This document shows, piece after piece, positions 10,109 to 20,918 of a stretch of DNA of 64,000 bases. Under the pieces are notes generated by a model. That model did not search any database, was not told where the DNA came from, and worked only from the letters and a program-made list of their open reading frames with translations. The translations under genes were made by a program, and so were the position numbers. Source of the DNA: Flavobacteriia bacterium (GTDB taxonomy: Bacteria; Bacteroidota; Bacteroidia; Flavobacteriales; Flavobacteriaceae); NCBI GenBank assembly GCA_013298525.1, contig JAAFHW010000004.1, forward strand, positions 479 through 64,478, read 5' to 3'. Each line of letters starts with the position of its first letter. The stretch's first letter is position 1.

Positions 10109-11890
10109 ATGTCAGAAAATTTACTTCAAAACATCAATAATCCATCCGATTTAAAAAAATTGGAACCACCGCAATTGCCTCAATTGGCTAAAGAATTGCG
10201 TGATTTTATTATTGATGTGGTTTCAGTAAAGGAAGGTCATCTTGGCGCAAGTCTTGGTGTGATTGAATTGACAATTGCTTTGCATTATGTTTTTGATACA
10301 CCTAATGATTTATTGGTTTGGGATGTAGGTCATCAAGCTTATGGGCATAAAATCCTAACTGAACGAAAAGAAAATTTTCATACCAATCGGCAACTTGGTG
10401 GCATTTCTGGATTTCCTAAACGTAGTGAAAGTGTTTACGATACTTTTGGCGTTGGACATTCATCAACTTCTATTTCTGCCGCTTTAGGAATGGCGATTGC
10501 TTCTCAATTGAAAGTTGAAGATAAACATCATATTGCTGTTATTGGTGACGCATCAATTGCAAGCGGAATGGCATTTGAAGGATTAAATCATGCTGGAGTT
10601 ACGGATGCTAATTTATTGGTGATTTTGAATGATAACGCTATCGGAATTGACCCAAGTGTTGGCGCTTTGAAAAACTACTTAACTTCTGTAAAAGAAGGTA
10701 AAAATCCGAAGCAGAATAATATGATTAAATCGTTGAATTTTGATTATTGTGGACCAATTGACGGACATGATTTTGAAGTTTTAATTTCCGAATTAGAAAG
10801 ACTAAAGAAAGTAAAAGGTCCAAAATTTCTGCATATAATCACAACAAAAGGTAAAGGTTTACTGCAAGCGGAAGAAGATCAAGTAAAATATCACGCACCT
10901 GGAAAATTTGACAAAACTACTGGTGAAATCCATCCAAAATCGGAAGAACATTTGCCTCCAAAATTTCAAGATGTTTTTGGGTTGACTTTGGTCGAATTGG
11001 CAACAAATAATCCAAAAATTATTGGGATTACACCTGCAATGCCAAGTGGAAGTTCGTTAAAATTCATGATGAATGCTTTTCCTAAAAGAGCTTTTGACGT
11101 TGGAATTGCAGAACAACATGCTGTAACTTTAGCAGCAGGAATGGCAACGCAAGGAATGGTAGTTTTTTGCAATATCTATTCTACATTTTTGCAACGCGCT
11201 TATGACCAAGTGATTCATGATGTGGCTTTGCAGAATTTACCTGTAATTTTTTGTTTGGATAGAGCAGGATTGGTTGGTGAAGATGGCGCAACGCATCACG
11301 GAGTTTTTGATTTGGCGTATTTGCGATGCATTCCAAATATGATAATTTATGCTCCTAAAGATGAAATCGATTTGCGAAACATATTGTATACTGCTTCATT
11401 AGGATTGAATCATCCGATTGCTATTCGATATCCGCGCGGAAGAGGAAAATATTCAAATTACGAATTAAAAATTACGAATTACGGATTTCAGAATATTGAA
11501 ATTGGGAAGGCACATTTGCTGAAAAGCGGAACTAAAATTACAGTTTTATCAACAGGATTTATCGGTAACAATGTAAGTTTGGCTTTAGATAAAATTGCAA
11601 ATGCTAATGAAATTGCTCACTATGATTTTGGATTTGTAAAACCATTGGACGAAAAGTTGTTGCATGAAATTTTCAATTCATTTGACATCATAATAACTAT
11701 TGAAGATGGAGCAATCAAAGGTGGATTTGGTTCTGGAATTATCGAATTTGCATCTGAAAATAATTATAAAAATACCATAAAAACGCTCGGAATTCCTGAT
11801 GATTTTATCGAACATGGAACAGTAGAAGAGTTGCAACAAATCTGTAAAATTGACGTTAAAAGTTTAAAAAAGCTTTTTTCTACTATTTGA
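10109..11890 (+). CDS. dxs: 1-deoxy-D-xylulose-5-phosphate synthase
   Basis: GHLGASLG, WDVGHQAY, GD...NDN TPP motif, IAEQH, YSTFLQRAYDQ, DRAG, GATH. Confidence 0.97.
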   Translation: MSENLLQNINNPSDLKKLEPPQLPQLAKELRDFIIDVVSVKEGHLGASLGVIELTIALHYVFDTPNDLLVWDVGHQAYGHKILTERKENFHTNRQLGGISGFPKRSESVYDTFGVGHSSTSISAALGMAIASQLKVEDKHHIAVIGDASIASGMAFEGLNHAGVTDANLLVILNDNAIGIDPSVGALKNYLTSVKEGKNPKQNNMIKSLNFDYCGPIDGHDFEVLISELERLKKVKGPKFLHIITTKGKGLLQAEEDQVKYHAPGKFDKTTGEIHPKSEEHLPPKFQDVFGLTLVELATNNPKIIGITPAMPSGSSLKFMMNAFPKRAFDVGIAEQHAVTLAAGMATQGMVVFCNIYSTFLQRAYDQVIHDVALQNLPVIFCLDRAGLVGEDGATHHGVFDLAYLRCIPNMIIYAPKDEIDLRNILYTASLGLNHPIAIRYPRGRGKYSNYELKITNYGFQNIEIGKAHLLKSGTKITVLSTGFIGNNVSLALDKIANANEIAHYDFGFVKPLDEKLLHEIFNSFDIIITIEDGAIKGGFGSGIIEFASENNYKNTIKTLGIPDDFIEHGTVEELQQICKIDVKSLKKLFSTI

Positions 11891-11927
11891 TTTTACGATT
11901 TTTGCGCAACTTTAACTTTTTTATATC

Positions 11928-12878
11928 ATGAGATTCTTCTTCAAATCTTCTGTTGTTTTACTTTTGCTACTTACACAAATCACTTTTTCTCAGGAAATTC
12001 AAACTAAGTTACCAGATACTATTTCTCATTGGGAAAAGAAGAATATGGTTGGTTTAGATATAAGTCAAATAGCATTTATGAATTGGAATGCCGGAGGAAA
12101 TAGTTCGGTTTCTGGTTTATTGAAAGGAAATTTTGTTAGAAAATACACTACAGATAATGTTAGATGGGTTAATGAGATGATATTTAAGTATGGTGTAAAT
12201 AAACAAGATGGTGTTGAACTTAGAAAAACGGATGACGCTTTTCAATTAAACTCCACTTTTGGATATAGACAAGACACTATTTCAAATTGGTATCATTCAG
12301 CTAAACTAAATTTTAACACACAGTTTACCAATGGATATTCTTATCCTAATACTGATAAAGCTATTTCAAAACCTTTTGCGCCTGCTTATATTTTTCTAGG
12401 AATTGGAGCTGAGTATTCCAATAAAGAAAAAAAGATTAATGTATATATTTCCCCATTAACTCAAAAAACGACTTTAGTTTTAGCTCAAGAATTGGCCGAT
12501 CAAGGTGCTTTTGGAGTAAACAAAGCTATTTATGATGAAAATGGAAATCTGATTAGTCAAGGGAAAAAATCTAGAACAGAACTAGGCTTTTTAGTTTCAA
12601 GCGGTTACAAAAAAGAAGTTTTTAAGAATATAGTTGTTGAAAACCGATTGAATTTATATTCAGATTATATAAACAAGTTTGGGAATGTTGATGTGGATTG
12701 GCAAATGCAATTTGATTTAGTTGTAAATAAGTATGTCAGAGCTAATATTGGAGCACATTTAATATATGATGATGACATTAAGGCAAAAGAGGAAATAAAT
12801 AATGTTCAAGTAACTGTTGGTCCAAAAGTTCAATTAAAACAAATGTTGGGAATAGGAATAATTTATAATTTTATATAA
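11928..12878 (+). CDS. DUF3078-like outer-membrane beta-barrel protein
   Basis: Signal peptide, NWNAGG..S and RKTDD motifs, amphipathic strands, aromatic C-terminus YNFI. Confidence 0.75.
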   Translation: MRFFFKSSVVLLLLLTQITFSQEIQTKLPDTISHWEKKNMVGLDISQIAFMNWNAGGNSSVSGLLKGNFVRKYTTDNVRWVNEMIFKYGVNKQDGVELRKTDDAFQLNSTFGYRQDTISNWYHSAKLNFNTQFTNGYSYPNTDKAISKPFAPAYIFLGIGAEYSNKEKKINVYISPLTQKTTLVLAQELADQGAFGVNKAIYDENGNLISQGKKSRTELGFLVSSGYKKEVFKNIVVENRLNLYSDYINKFGNVDVDWQMQFDLVVNKYVRANIGAHLIYDDDIKAKEEINNVQVTVGPKVQLKQMLGIGIIYNFI

Positions 12879-12880
12879 AT

Positions 12881-12916
12881 AAAAAAGGCTTTCAAATTAA
12901 TGAAAGCCTTTTTTTT
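12881..12916. terminator. Bidirectional terminator
   Basis: AAAAAAGGCTTTCA-aattaa-TGAAAGCCTTTTTTTT between convergent genes. Confidence 0.9.
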
Positions 12917-12931
12917 ATTTATAACTATTAT

Positions 12932-15604
12932 TTAGTTTTTAATAATTTTTTGAGTGAAGTTAACATTGTCACCATTCACTTTTAAAATGTACATTCCAGA
13001 TTGTAAGTTGTTTAAGTTTAATGATTTCTCAGTATTGAAATCTTCATTTTTATATTCACTTACTATTCTACCATTGATATCAATAACCTGAATGTTTACT
13101 TTTCCAACGTAGTTGTTGATTCTTACATTAAGTAATCCATTTGTTGGATTTGGATAAATTCTGAATAACTCATTATTTTCAAAATAGTCAACGCTTAATG
13201 TACAGTTTGGACCTGGAGCGAAAGCAGTAAAGCTTTCAACTTGATCATCACAATCTTGATTACTTCCAGCTGATGCATTTAAACCAACACCTCTTCTTCT
13301 GAAAACTTCTGCAATCAAACAATAATCTTGTCCACCTGTTGTAGCTTGATCTGCTGCAAATAAAGCATCTCTAGCCGAAATAACAGTTGGACTACATGGT
13401 TGTAATTTAAGTCCGTCAAGAACTAATCTCATTACTTTATTGTTACCACCTGTTCCAGTATATTTATTATCATCATATCCATATTTTTGAATATAAGCCC
13501 AATTTAAATCCCAAAGAACTGTCGCCCAAAAATCACCATTTACATATCTATAAGATGTATCAGCAGGATCTGATGGTAGTGGAGAATTAGAATCTGCGTA
13601 CGTTAAAGGGTTTACCGACATATCAGTTGAATAAGGGTATGATCTTAAACCGCTTCCAGTAGTTGGTTCACTTAATACGAAAGTTGCAAGTCCTTTTGGA
13701 GTAGCACCTACATCACCTGGTTTAATCTGCATCATCATAGCAAACCAATCTGACCAACCTTCTCCCATTTGGTCATAATTTTGAAGACAACTTGAGTTTA
13801 ATCTACCACCAGCTAACCTAGTAGAAATACCATGACCAAATTCATGACTAATAATACCATTATCTAAATCTCCATCAGAGTTTACGAAAGGTTGTTTTTG
13901 TAATTTAACTGTAACTGGTCCATTTTGCATTTCAGCAATAATAGCTTCGCCAACTTCTTGTGTTACAAAAACAGCTGGAATTGTAATAGTAGCATCTGCA
14001 CCACTCATTGTAACAAGTTGATTAGCAACGTTATTTACAACAATTACTGCAATTGCACCAGCATTCTGTGCATTAATTACTTTTGAAACAAAAGTGCAAT
14101 CTCCTCTTCTTAAAATAACAATTTTTCCATTTAATGCTGCTGCATTCGATGCAGGAGTACAAGCTATAGATGTAGAAGGATCTGTATCTAAATATAATGC
14201 TAATTGTGTTTCAATTGAACCTGGAGCAGATGGAACAGGAACATTTCCTGGGTCGAAACCATTTTCAGCTGAATAATATTCTCCAGCGATTGAAGATGGA
14301 GATAGTACAAATAAAGATTTAGGACCATAGTTCCATAAATACATTTGCATTCTAGGTTTTGAACCATCAACAGGCGTCGAAAAGTTTGCGTTATTTGAAG
14401 TTGGTGTTGCAGCTTGTGAACCGTCTTGTGCGTCACCCCAAAGAGCATCTGCACCTGTACCACCACCAACATAGTTTGTTTGTTGGAAGTTTCCATTAGG
14501 TTCATTAAATCCATATTGATACCAAATATCATGTAAAACATTTGTCATGTAAAACAAGTTAGTAGTTGCAGCACTAATATATGTATCTGCATTTACTGTT
14601 GTGCCTGGGTAAGGAAAATCAAAATTTAATGCCGCACCACCATCTGGAGCGAAACCACTAGTGGCAGCATTTGTATTATGAGTTGTTGGGTTTACACTTG
14701 TATAATCAGCCCTTGCCCAAGTATTGTTACCTCTTGTGTAAGTATATTTTAAACTTGCAGTGTTTCCAGCAATTGTATTTGTATCATGCCATCCTTTTGG
14801 AGATGCAGTTGCATTTTCTGGATTTGTAACTAATTGTCTTGAAGTATGGTTTGGACTTTCAAAGTTGAAAGGAATAACTCTGTAAGAACCACCTTGTACT
14901 TGAAGAGGAGAAGCTAAACTTTCATCTTTAAATAAACTTTTGTAAAATGAAAAATCTGAAGAACCATGTTTGTGTCCTTTGTGGTTTTCAAAATTACATG
15001 AAATTACTAAGTCGTTTTTTTGAAGAATAGTTCCTGTAACAGCATCAACTCTCATGCTCCAAAGATGTTTGTAGTCTTGAGTGTAGAATGAATAATCCCA
15101 AGCCAATCTTAGAGTTTCACCCATTGGTTGATAAACAAGTTCAGCAGTAATAGGATCTTCTGTCAAGTTACCATTAGAAATTTTGAATTCATTATTGCTG
15201 ATAGTTTCAATAATTTGGTTGTTTGAACTTGTTTGGTTTACAGATTCAAATCCTTTATTAAGGGCATTTAAAACAGATAATGTTGGTGAAGTTGTGTTAA
15301 CTTTCTGAGCAACATTTGAAATAAACACTCCAGTAGAGTTGATTACTTCATCATTCTTCATCCAAATGTTTGAAACAGAATTAAAGATTTCAATTCCTTG
15401 ATGTCTTTGTTTAATCCAATAAGTATCAATTTTTGTTGATTCTGAATTACCTGTACTTTCAATTGTCCAATCACTTATATCTTGTGATGTAAGATTAAAT
15501 TTGGCTTTGTTTCTGTCTAAATAGCTTTGAATTTTCACTCTATTTTCTTGTGAAAAACTCAAAATTGTAAACAAAATCATCAATAGAGATGTAATTTTTT
15601 TCAT
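12932..15604 (-). CDS. M36 (fungalysin) metallopeptidase with PA domain and T9SS C-terminal domain
   Basis: Signal peptide, propeptide, HEFGH and MGEGWSD zinc motifs, PA domain (RRGDCTFVSK), CTD IYPNPT...GMYILKV...KIIK. Confidence 0.93.
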   Translation of the reverse strand: MKKITSLLMILFTILSFSQENRVKIQSYLDRNKAKFNLTSQDISDWTIESTGNSESTKIDTYWIKQRHQGIEIFNSVSNIWMKNDEVINSTGVFISNVAQKVNTTSPTLSVLNALNKGFESVNQTSSNNQIIETISNNEFKISNGNLTEDPITAELVYQPMGETLRLAWDYSFYTQDYKHLWSMRVDAVTGTILQKNDLVISCNFENHKGHKHGSSDFSFYKSLFKDESLASPLQVQGGSYRVIPFNFESPNHTSRQLVTNPENATASPKGWHDTNTIAGNTASLKYTYTRGNNTWARADYTSVNPTTHNTNAATSGFAPDGGAALNFDFPYPGTTVNADTYISAATTNLFYMTNVLHDIWYQYGFNEPNGNFQQTNYVGGGTGADALWGDAQDGSQAATPTSNNANFSTPVDGSKPRMQMYLWNYGPKSLFVLSPSSIAGEYYSAENGFDPGNVPVPSAPGSIETQLALYLDTDPSTSIACTPASNAAALNGKIVILRRGDCTFVSKVINAQNAGAIAVIVVNNVANQLVTMSGADATITIPAVFVTQEVGEAIIAEMQNGPVTVKLQKQPFVNSDGDLDNGIISHEFGHGISTRLAGGRLNSSCLQNYDQMGEGWSDWFAMMMQIKPGDVGATPKGLATFVLSEPTTGSGLRSYPYSTDMSVNPLTYADSNSPLPSDPADTSYRYVNGDFWATVLWDLNWAYIQKYGYDDNKYTGTGGNNKVMRLVLDGLKLQPCSPTVISARDALFAADQATTGGQDYCLIAEVFRRRGVGLNASAGSNQDCDDQVESFTAFAPGPNCTLSVDYFENNELFRIYPNPTNGLLNVRINNYVGKVNIQVIDINGRIVSEYKNEDFNTEKSLNLNNLQSGMYILKVNGDNVNFTQKIIKN

Positions 15605-15700
15605 AATTAAAGTTTGTAGTTTTTTTATAGGGTAACAAATCTAAATTAATTTTCATCTAAAAGCAACTATTTTGCTTGAAAATCATAATTTTAACAAATT

Positions 15701-17038
15701 TTATGCAGTAATTATTTTATTATATAACAAAGCTTTACCATCTGTTAGCATCGAAATGAAATGGCAAATGTGTAATAATCGTTCGTATAATGATTCTTTT
15801 TCAATATGATGTTTTTCGGGTAAAATCTTTAATAATAGCTTATCATAATTGGTAGCTTTTCCTTCATAATTATTATTGTAAGCCGTTATGAATTTATCTA
15901 ACAAATTATTAATCATCTGATAACCTGATAGTTCTTTCTCAATTACTTCACGACTTTGGTAGATATTTTTTACACTTAATTTGATAATATCATCAATTTG
16001 TGCTTTGTATTTACTTTTATCTGTTAATGCATATGGGAATTCACCTTTAAGAATTGCTTCTTCATTTTCTATAAATATAAGAACGGCATTGTTAATTAGA
16101 TTTCCAATGGCTAAAGCACGTAAATAACTTATTCTATCTTCTTTTGTAGTTAGTGTTTGATATTTATTAGTATCAATAGTATCTTTTACCAATTTGATTA
16201 AATATTCTAATGCATAATCTTCCGACACTAATCCGAGATTTATTCCATCTTCAAAATCAATTATAGTATAACAAATATCATCTGCGGCTTCCACTAGATA
16301 GGCGAGAGGATGTCTTTCATAACCAATATCATTTCCCGATTTGTTTGGAATTAATCCTAATTCATCGGCCACTTCTTTGAAAAATTCTTTGTCAGTTTGA
16401 AAGAAACCATATTTTTTATCCGCAATATTGGAAGTTGGTTTTTTAGGTAAACTTTCCTTGGGATATTTCATAAATGCTCCAAGAACAGCATAAGTCAATC
16501 GGATGCTTCCTTCTATTCCTGGTCGTGAGCTTGTTAAAACAGAAAACCCGTTAGCATTTCCTTCAAAATCGATTAAATCTTGCCATTCTTTATCGGTAAG
16601 TTGTTCTTTGTATTTTTGTCCTTTTCCGATAGAGAAATATTCACCGATAGCTTTTTCACCTGAATGCCCAAAAGGTGGATTTCCAATATCATGTGCTAAG
16701 GAAGCTGCAGCAACAATGGCTCCAAAATCATTAGCTTGATAACCATGAATTTCTTGTAAATGTGGATATTTTTCAATGATTTTCTTTCCAACTAATCGTC
16801 CAATTGAACGTCCAACTACTGAAACTTCTAAACTGTGCGTCAAGCGTGTATGAACGAAATCGGTTTTAGAAAGCGGAATGACTTGCGTTTTATCTTGTAA
16901 ACTTCTAAAAGCTGATGAAAAGATAATTCTATCGTAGTCAACTTCAAAGCCTAAGCGTGTATCGTCTTGTTCTATTCGTAGTCGTTTTCCTTTGTCGCCT
17001 TGACGTTTTAATGATAAAAGTTGTTCCCAGTTCATCAT
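15701..17038 (-). CDS. dgt: dGTP/dNTP triphosphohydrolase
   Basis: FRSLQDKTQV, TRLTHSLEV, HDIGNPPFGHSGE, FEGNA, EAADD. Confidence 0.95.
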   Translation of the reverse strand: MMNWEQLLSLKRQGDKGKRLRIEQDDTRLGFEVDYDRIIFSSAFRSLQDKTQVIPLSKTDFVHTRLTHSLEVSVVGRSIGRLVGKKIIEKYPHLQEIHGYQANDFGAIVAAASLAHDIGNPPFGHSGEKAIGEYFSIGKGQKYKEQLTDKEWQDLIDFEGNANGFSVLTSSRPGIEGSIRLTYAVLGAFMKYPKESLPKKPTSNIADKKYGFFQTDKEFFKEVADELGLIPNKSGNDIGYERHPLAYLVEAADDICYTIIDFEDGINLGLVSEDYALEYLIKLVKDTIDTNKYQTLTTKEDRISYLRALAIGNLINNAVLIFIENEEAILKGEFPYALTDKSKYKAQIDDIIKLSVKNIYQSREVIEKELSGYQMINNLLDKFITAYNNNYEGKATNYDKLLLKILPEKHHIEKESLYERLLHICHFISMLTDGKALLYNKIITA

Positions 17039-17065
17039 ATAATATTAGATTTATGATTTTAGATA

Positions 17066-17515
17066 TTAGATATTTTTTTTCATGCAAATGCTAGTCTCAA
17101 CACCTTGATATTGCCCAAAGTTTTCTATGATTTTATATCCTAATTTTTGATATAAATAGATGGCATCTTTTTGCAAATGACCCGTTTCTAACAAAGCAGT
17201 TTTGTAATTTTCTTCTTTTGCCCAAGATTCTAATTCTGTTAAAACTTTAGTTGCAATTCCTTTTCCGCGGTGTTCAGGTAATGTAAACATTCGTTTCATT
17301 TCGGCAGTTTCAGCATCATATTCTTTGTAAGCACCAATTGCAATTGGAATTTCATTTTCATAGACAATCAAGGCATTTTTCAATAAACTTGATTTATTAA
17401 ATTGCGAATAAAAGGCATGATCTTCACCATCAAGAATTGCCAAATAAGCATCCAATTGGACTACGAGTTTTTCAAAATTGGGATTATCAGAGGTTGTTCT
17501 TTTGATGGTAAGCAT
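17066..17515 (-). CDS. GNAT family N-acetyltransferase
   Basis: EMKRMF...RGKGIA motif A, LETG..Q..A..LY.KLGY. Confidence 0.9.
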   Translation of the reverse strand: MLTIKRTTSDNPNFEKLVVQLDAYLAILDGEDHAFYSQFNKSSLLKNALIVYENEIPIAIGAYKEYDAETAEMKRMFTLPEHRGKGIATKVLTELESWAKEENYKTALLETGHLQKDAIYLYQKLGYKIIENFGQYQGVETSICMKKNI

Positions 17516-17520
17516 TGCAA

Positions 17521-17742
17521 TTATTTTTTATCATTTGCCAAAAAGAAATGGCGCGATTTTTTTGGATATTGATTGTAACTTTTATCACTCGGATTAGCAA
17601 TAACCGATTTGATATTGATTTCGTCACCCAATTTAAAATCCTTAGCAACCATCTGATAATCTAATAAATATTCGCCACAGAAGTAGTTTCCGTTTTCGTC
17701 TTTTTCTATAATTCCTGTGTAAACTCCTTTTTCTTTTGACAT
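17521..17742 (-). CDS. Small hypothetical protein
   Basis: 73-aa ORF in the same direction as its neighbours, with TAnnTTTG element (17761-17768) upstream. Confidence 0.65.
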   Translation of the reverse strand: MSKEKGVYTGIIEKDENGNYFCGEYLLDYQMVAKDFKLGDEINIKSVIANPSDKSYNQYPKKSRHFFLANDKK

Positions 17743-17778
17743 GGTATTTTTATTTGATTTCAAAGATAATTAAAAAAT

Positions 17779-17806
17779 AAAACAGCCATCGAATTGATGA
17801 CTGTTT
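17779..17806 (-). terminator. Probable terminator after the nrdBA-tlpA unit
   Basis: AAACAGCCATC-gaatt-GATGACTGTTT hairpin followed by a T-rich tract on the minus strand. Confidence 0.6.
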
Positions 17807-17823
17807 AAGGTGATTAATTATAA

Positions 17824-18318
17824 TTATTTTTTATATTTAGCTATAATTTCTTTAATTACTTCGCTTGTTAACTCGTATCCTTTTTGTTGTGGCCAACCTT
17901 CCCATCTAACAATTCCATCTGGATCAATTAATACACAATGAGGAATTCCTTTTACAACATAACTATCGTTTAATCTTTTACTTGTGTCAATTGCGCTGTA
18001 ATATTCAATTTTAGGATTGATTTGTGTTAAAACCTTTTCTTTAGTTTCGTCACTTATTCCTATCACAATTAAATCTTTTTCAAATTCTTTTTGAAATGAA
18101 TTTAATTCAGGTATGGCTCTTTTACATGGTCCGCACCAAGTTGCCCAAAAATCTATTAATACAAATTTTCCTTTCAATTCAGGTTTGTCAGAAATCCACT
18201 CTTCAACAACAAAAGCAGGTGCTTCTTTATCTTGAAATGATTTTGCCCAAAGTCTTTTTTCTTGAGCTTCTGAAATCAGACTGAAAAACAAGAATAATAT
18301 AATTGTGATTTTTTTCAT
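17824..18318 (-). CDS. TlpA-family thiol-disulfide oxidoreductase (exported)
   Basis: Signal peptide; DFWATWCGPC; cis-Pro GIP. Confidence 0.9.
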   Translation of the reverse strand: MKKITIILFLFFSLISEAQEKRLWAKSFQDKEAPAFVVEEWISDKPELKGKFVLIDFWATWCGPCKRAIPELNSFQKEFEKDLIVIGISDETKEKVLTQINPKIEYYSAIDTSKRLNDSYVVKGIPHCVLIDPDGIVRWEGWPQQKGYELTSEVIKEIIAKYKK

Positions 18319-18329
18319 TTACTTGTTTT

Positions 18330-20780
18330 TTACGAACCACACATTTCACAGTCGTCCGGACCAGCATTTTTTGCCATTTCAATCATTGCTCTGTATTCTT
18401 CGGCTGTCATTTCTACCGGTTCGTTTAGTACTGCAATTGGTTGTAATGGTTCAGTGATAGCATTTATTTCTGCTGCAGGTTGCTCTTGAACTTCAATTGG
18501 TTCGGCTTTTTTATCATTATTTAAAGTAAACTTGATGGCATCAACCGCAGCTTTTGTTCTTAAGTAATACATTCCTGTTTTTAAACCTGATTTCCATGCG
18601 TAGAAATGCATCGAAGTCAATTTAGCATAATTAGCATCTTGCATAAACAAGTTCAACGATTGCGATTGGTCAATAAAGTAACCTCTTTGACGACTCATAT
18701 CGATGATGTCTTTCATAGACATTTCCCAAACTGTTTTGTAAAGTTCTTTCAAATCTTGTGGTACTGATTCTATATTTTGAACCGAACCATTGTGACGCAT
18801 AATTTCTTGCTTCAAGGTTTCGTTCCACAATCCTCTTTCTACTAAATCATTTAGTAAATGTTTGTTAACTACGATGAATTCTCCTGAAAGTACTCTTCTT
18901 GTGTAAATATTAGAAGTGTAAGGTTCAAAAGCTTCGTTGTTTCCAAGAATTTGTGATGTTGAAGCCGTTGGCATTGGCGCTACTAACAATGAATTTCTAA
19001 CACCATTTGCTAAAACTTCTTTTCTCAAACCTGCCCAATCCCATCTTCCAGAAAGTTCTTCGTCTTTAATATTCCATAAATTATGTTGGAATTCACCTTT
19101 AGAAATCGGCGAACCTTCATAAGAAGAATAAGGTCCTTCTTGTTTAGCCAATTCCATAGAAGCAGTTACTGCTGCAAAGTATAATGTTTCAAAAATATCT
19201 TGATTCAATTGTTTTGCTTCGTCACTTGTAAATGGCATTCTCATCATGATAAAAGCATCTGCCAAACCTTGAACACCAAGACCAACAGGACGATGACGCA
19301 TGTTAGAATTTTCAGCTTCTTTTACTGGATAGTAATTTCTGTCGATTACTTTATTTAAGTTTCTTGTTACACGTTTAGTTACATTGAAAAGTAACTCGTG
19401 ATTGAATTTTCCGTTTTCAACAAACATTGGTAATGAAATAGAAGCCAAGTTACAAACTGCAACTTCATCTGCAGAAGTATATTCCATAATTTCAGTACAC
19501 AAGTTAGACGAACGAATAGTTCCCAAATTCTTTTGGTTTGATTTTCTGTTCGCTGCATCTTTATACAACATATATGGTGTTCCAGTTTCAATTTGTGATT
19601 CTAGAATTTTCTCCCAAAGTTCACGTGCTTTTACTGTTTTTCTTCCTTTTCCTTGTGCTTCATACGAAGTATATAATGCTTCAAATTCATCACCATAAAC
19701 ATTGTCTAATCCTGGACATTCGTTTGGACACATTAAAGTCCAAGTTGAATCTGCTTCTACACGTTTCATGAACAAATCTGATGTCCACATTGCGAAGAAT
19801 AAATCTCTAGCACGCATTTCTTCTTTTCCTGTATTTTTTTTCAAATCCAAGAAATCGAAAATATCGGCATGCCAAGTTTCTAGGTAAATCGCAAAACTTC
19901 CTTTACGTTTTCCTCCACCTTGATCTACATAACGTGCAGTATCATTGAATACTCTCAACATCGGAACAATTCCGTTTGAAGTTCCATTTGTACCACGAAT
20001 ATAAGAACCAGTTGCACGAACATTGTGAATAGCTAATCCAATTCCACCAGCTGATTGCGAAATTTTTGCCGTTTGTTTCAACGTATCGTAAATTCCATCA
20101 ATGCTATCATCTTTCATAGTTAATAAAAAACAAGATGACATTTGAGGTTTTGGAGTTCCTGCGTTGAACAATGTTGGCGTTGCGTGCGTAAAGAATTTTT
20201 TCGACATTAAATCGTAAGTTTCAATAACTGATTCAAGGTCGTTTAAGTGAATTCCAACAGAAACACGCATTAACATATGTTGTGGTCTTTCAACAATTTT
20301 ACCGTTGATTTTTAATAAATACGAACGCTCTAAGGTTTTGAAACCAAAATAATCGTAGTTAAAATCACGGTTATATATAATGTGAGAATTTAAAAATTCT
20401 GCATTTTCTTGAATTACATTGTGAACTTCTTCCGAAAGCAATGGCGCTTCTTGATTGGTTCTTGGATTTACATAATGATACATTTCATTCATCGTTTCAG
20501 AGAATGATTTGTTGGTGTTTTTATGTAAATTTGATATAGCGATTCTTGCTGCTAATTGAGCGTAATCAGGATGCGAAATCGTCATTGACGCTGCTGTTTC
20601 TGCTGCAAGATTATCTAATTCTGACGTAGTTACTCCATCATACAATCCTTCAATCACACGCATGGCTACTTTTACAGCATCTACTCTGTCATTTAAACCA
20701 TAACATAGTTTTTTAATTCTATCGGTGATTTTGTCAAACATTACCGGCTCTTTGTGGCCGTCTCTTTTTACTACGTACAT
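18330..20780 (-). CDS. nrdA: Ribonucleotide reductase class Ia alpha subunit with N-terminal ATP cone
   Basis: VVKRDG ATP cone, [33 protein letters not shown]-terminal CEMC. Confidence 0.98.
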   Translation of the reverse strand: MYVVKRDGHKEPVMFDKITDRIKKLCYGLNDRVDAVKVAMRVIEGLYDGVTTSELDNLAAETAASMTISHPDYAQLAARIAISNLHKNTNKSFSETMNEMYHYVNPRTNQEAPLLSEEVHNVIQENAEFLNSHIIYNRDFNYDYFGFKTLERSYLLKINGKIVERPQHMLMRVSVGIHLNDLESVIETYDLMSKKFFTHATPTLFNAGTPKPQMSSCFLLTMKDDSIDGIYDTLKQTAKISQSAGGIGLAIHNVRATGSYIRGTNGTSNGIVPMLRVFNDTARYVDQGGGKRKGSFAIYLETWHADIFDFLDLKKNTGKEEMRARDLFFAMWTSDLFMKRVEADSTWTLMCPNECPGLDNVYGDEFEALYTSYEAQGKGRKTVKARELWEKILESQIETGTPYMLYKDAANRKSNQKNLGTIRSSNLCTEIMEYTSADEVAVCNLASISLPMFVENGKFNHELLFNVTKRVTRNLNKVIDRNYYPVKEAENSNMRHRPVGLGVQGLADAFIMMRMPFTSDEAKQLNQDIFETLYFAAVTASMELAKQEGPYSSYEGSPISKGEFQHNLWNIKDEELSGRWDWAGLRKEVLANGVRNSLLVAPMPTASTSQILGNNEAFEPYTSNIYTRRVLSGEFIVVNKHLLNDLVERGLWNETLKQEIMRHNGSVQNIESVPQDLKELYKTVWEMSMKDIIDMSRQRGYFIDQSQSLNLFMQDANYAKLTSMHFYAWKSGLKTGMYYLRTKAAVDAIKFTLNNDKKAEPIEVQEQPAAEINAITEPLQPIAVLNEPVEMTAEEYRAMIEMAKNAGPDDCEMCGS

Positions 20781-20840
20781 AAGTTTTAAGTTTTTGTGAA
20801 ATAGAAAATCCCTTCGCTATTTCGGGTTATTTGTAATATG

Positions 20841-20918
20841 TGCTGAACTAGTTTCAGCATCTGTTTTTTGGAAAATATTATTCTTAGATTTTAAAAGAAT
20901 CTGAAACAAGTTCAGATT
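20841..20918. repeat. Two REP-like CTGAA-n5-TTCAG palindromes
   Basis: TGCTGAACTAGTTTCAGCA (20841-20859) and AATCTGAAACAAGTTCAGATT (20898-20918), in opposite orientations between nrdB and nrdA. Confidence 0.75.

Noticed and set aside
15701..17038. dGTPase as an anti-phage defence system
   Set aside because: Housekeeping context with no neighbouring defence or mobile genes; looks like ordinary Dgt
17824..18318. TlpA next to nrdA as the RNR electron donor
   Set aside because: It has a clear signal peptide, so it is probably periplasmic and cannot reduce cytoplasmic NrdA
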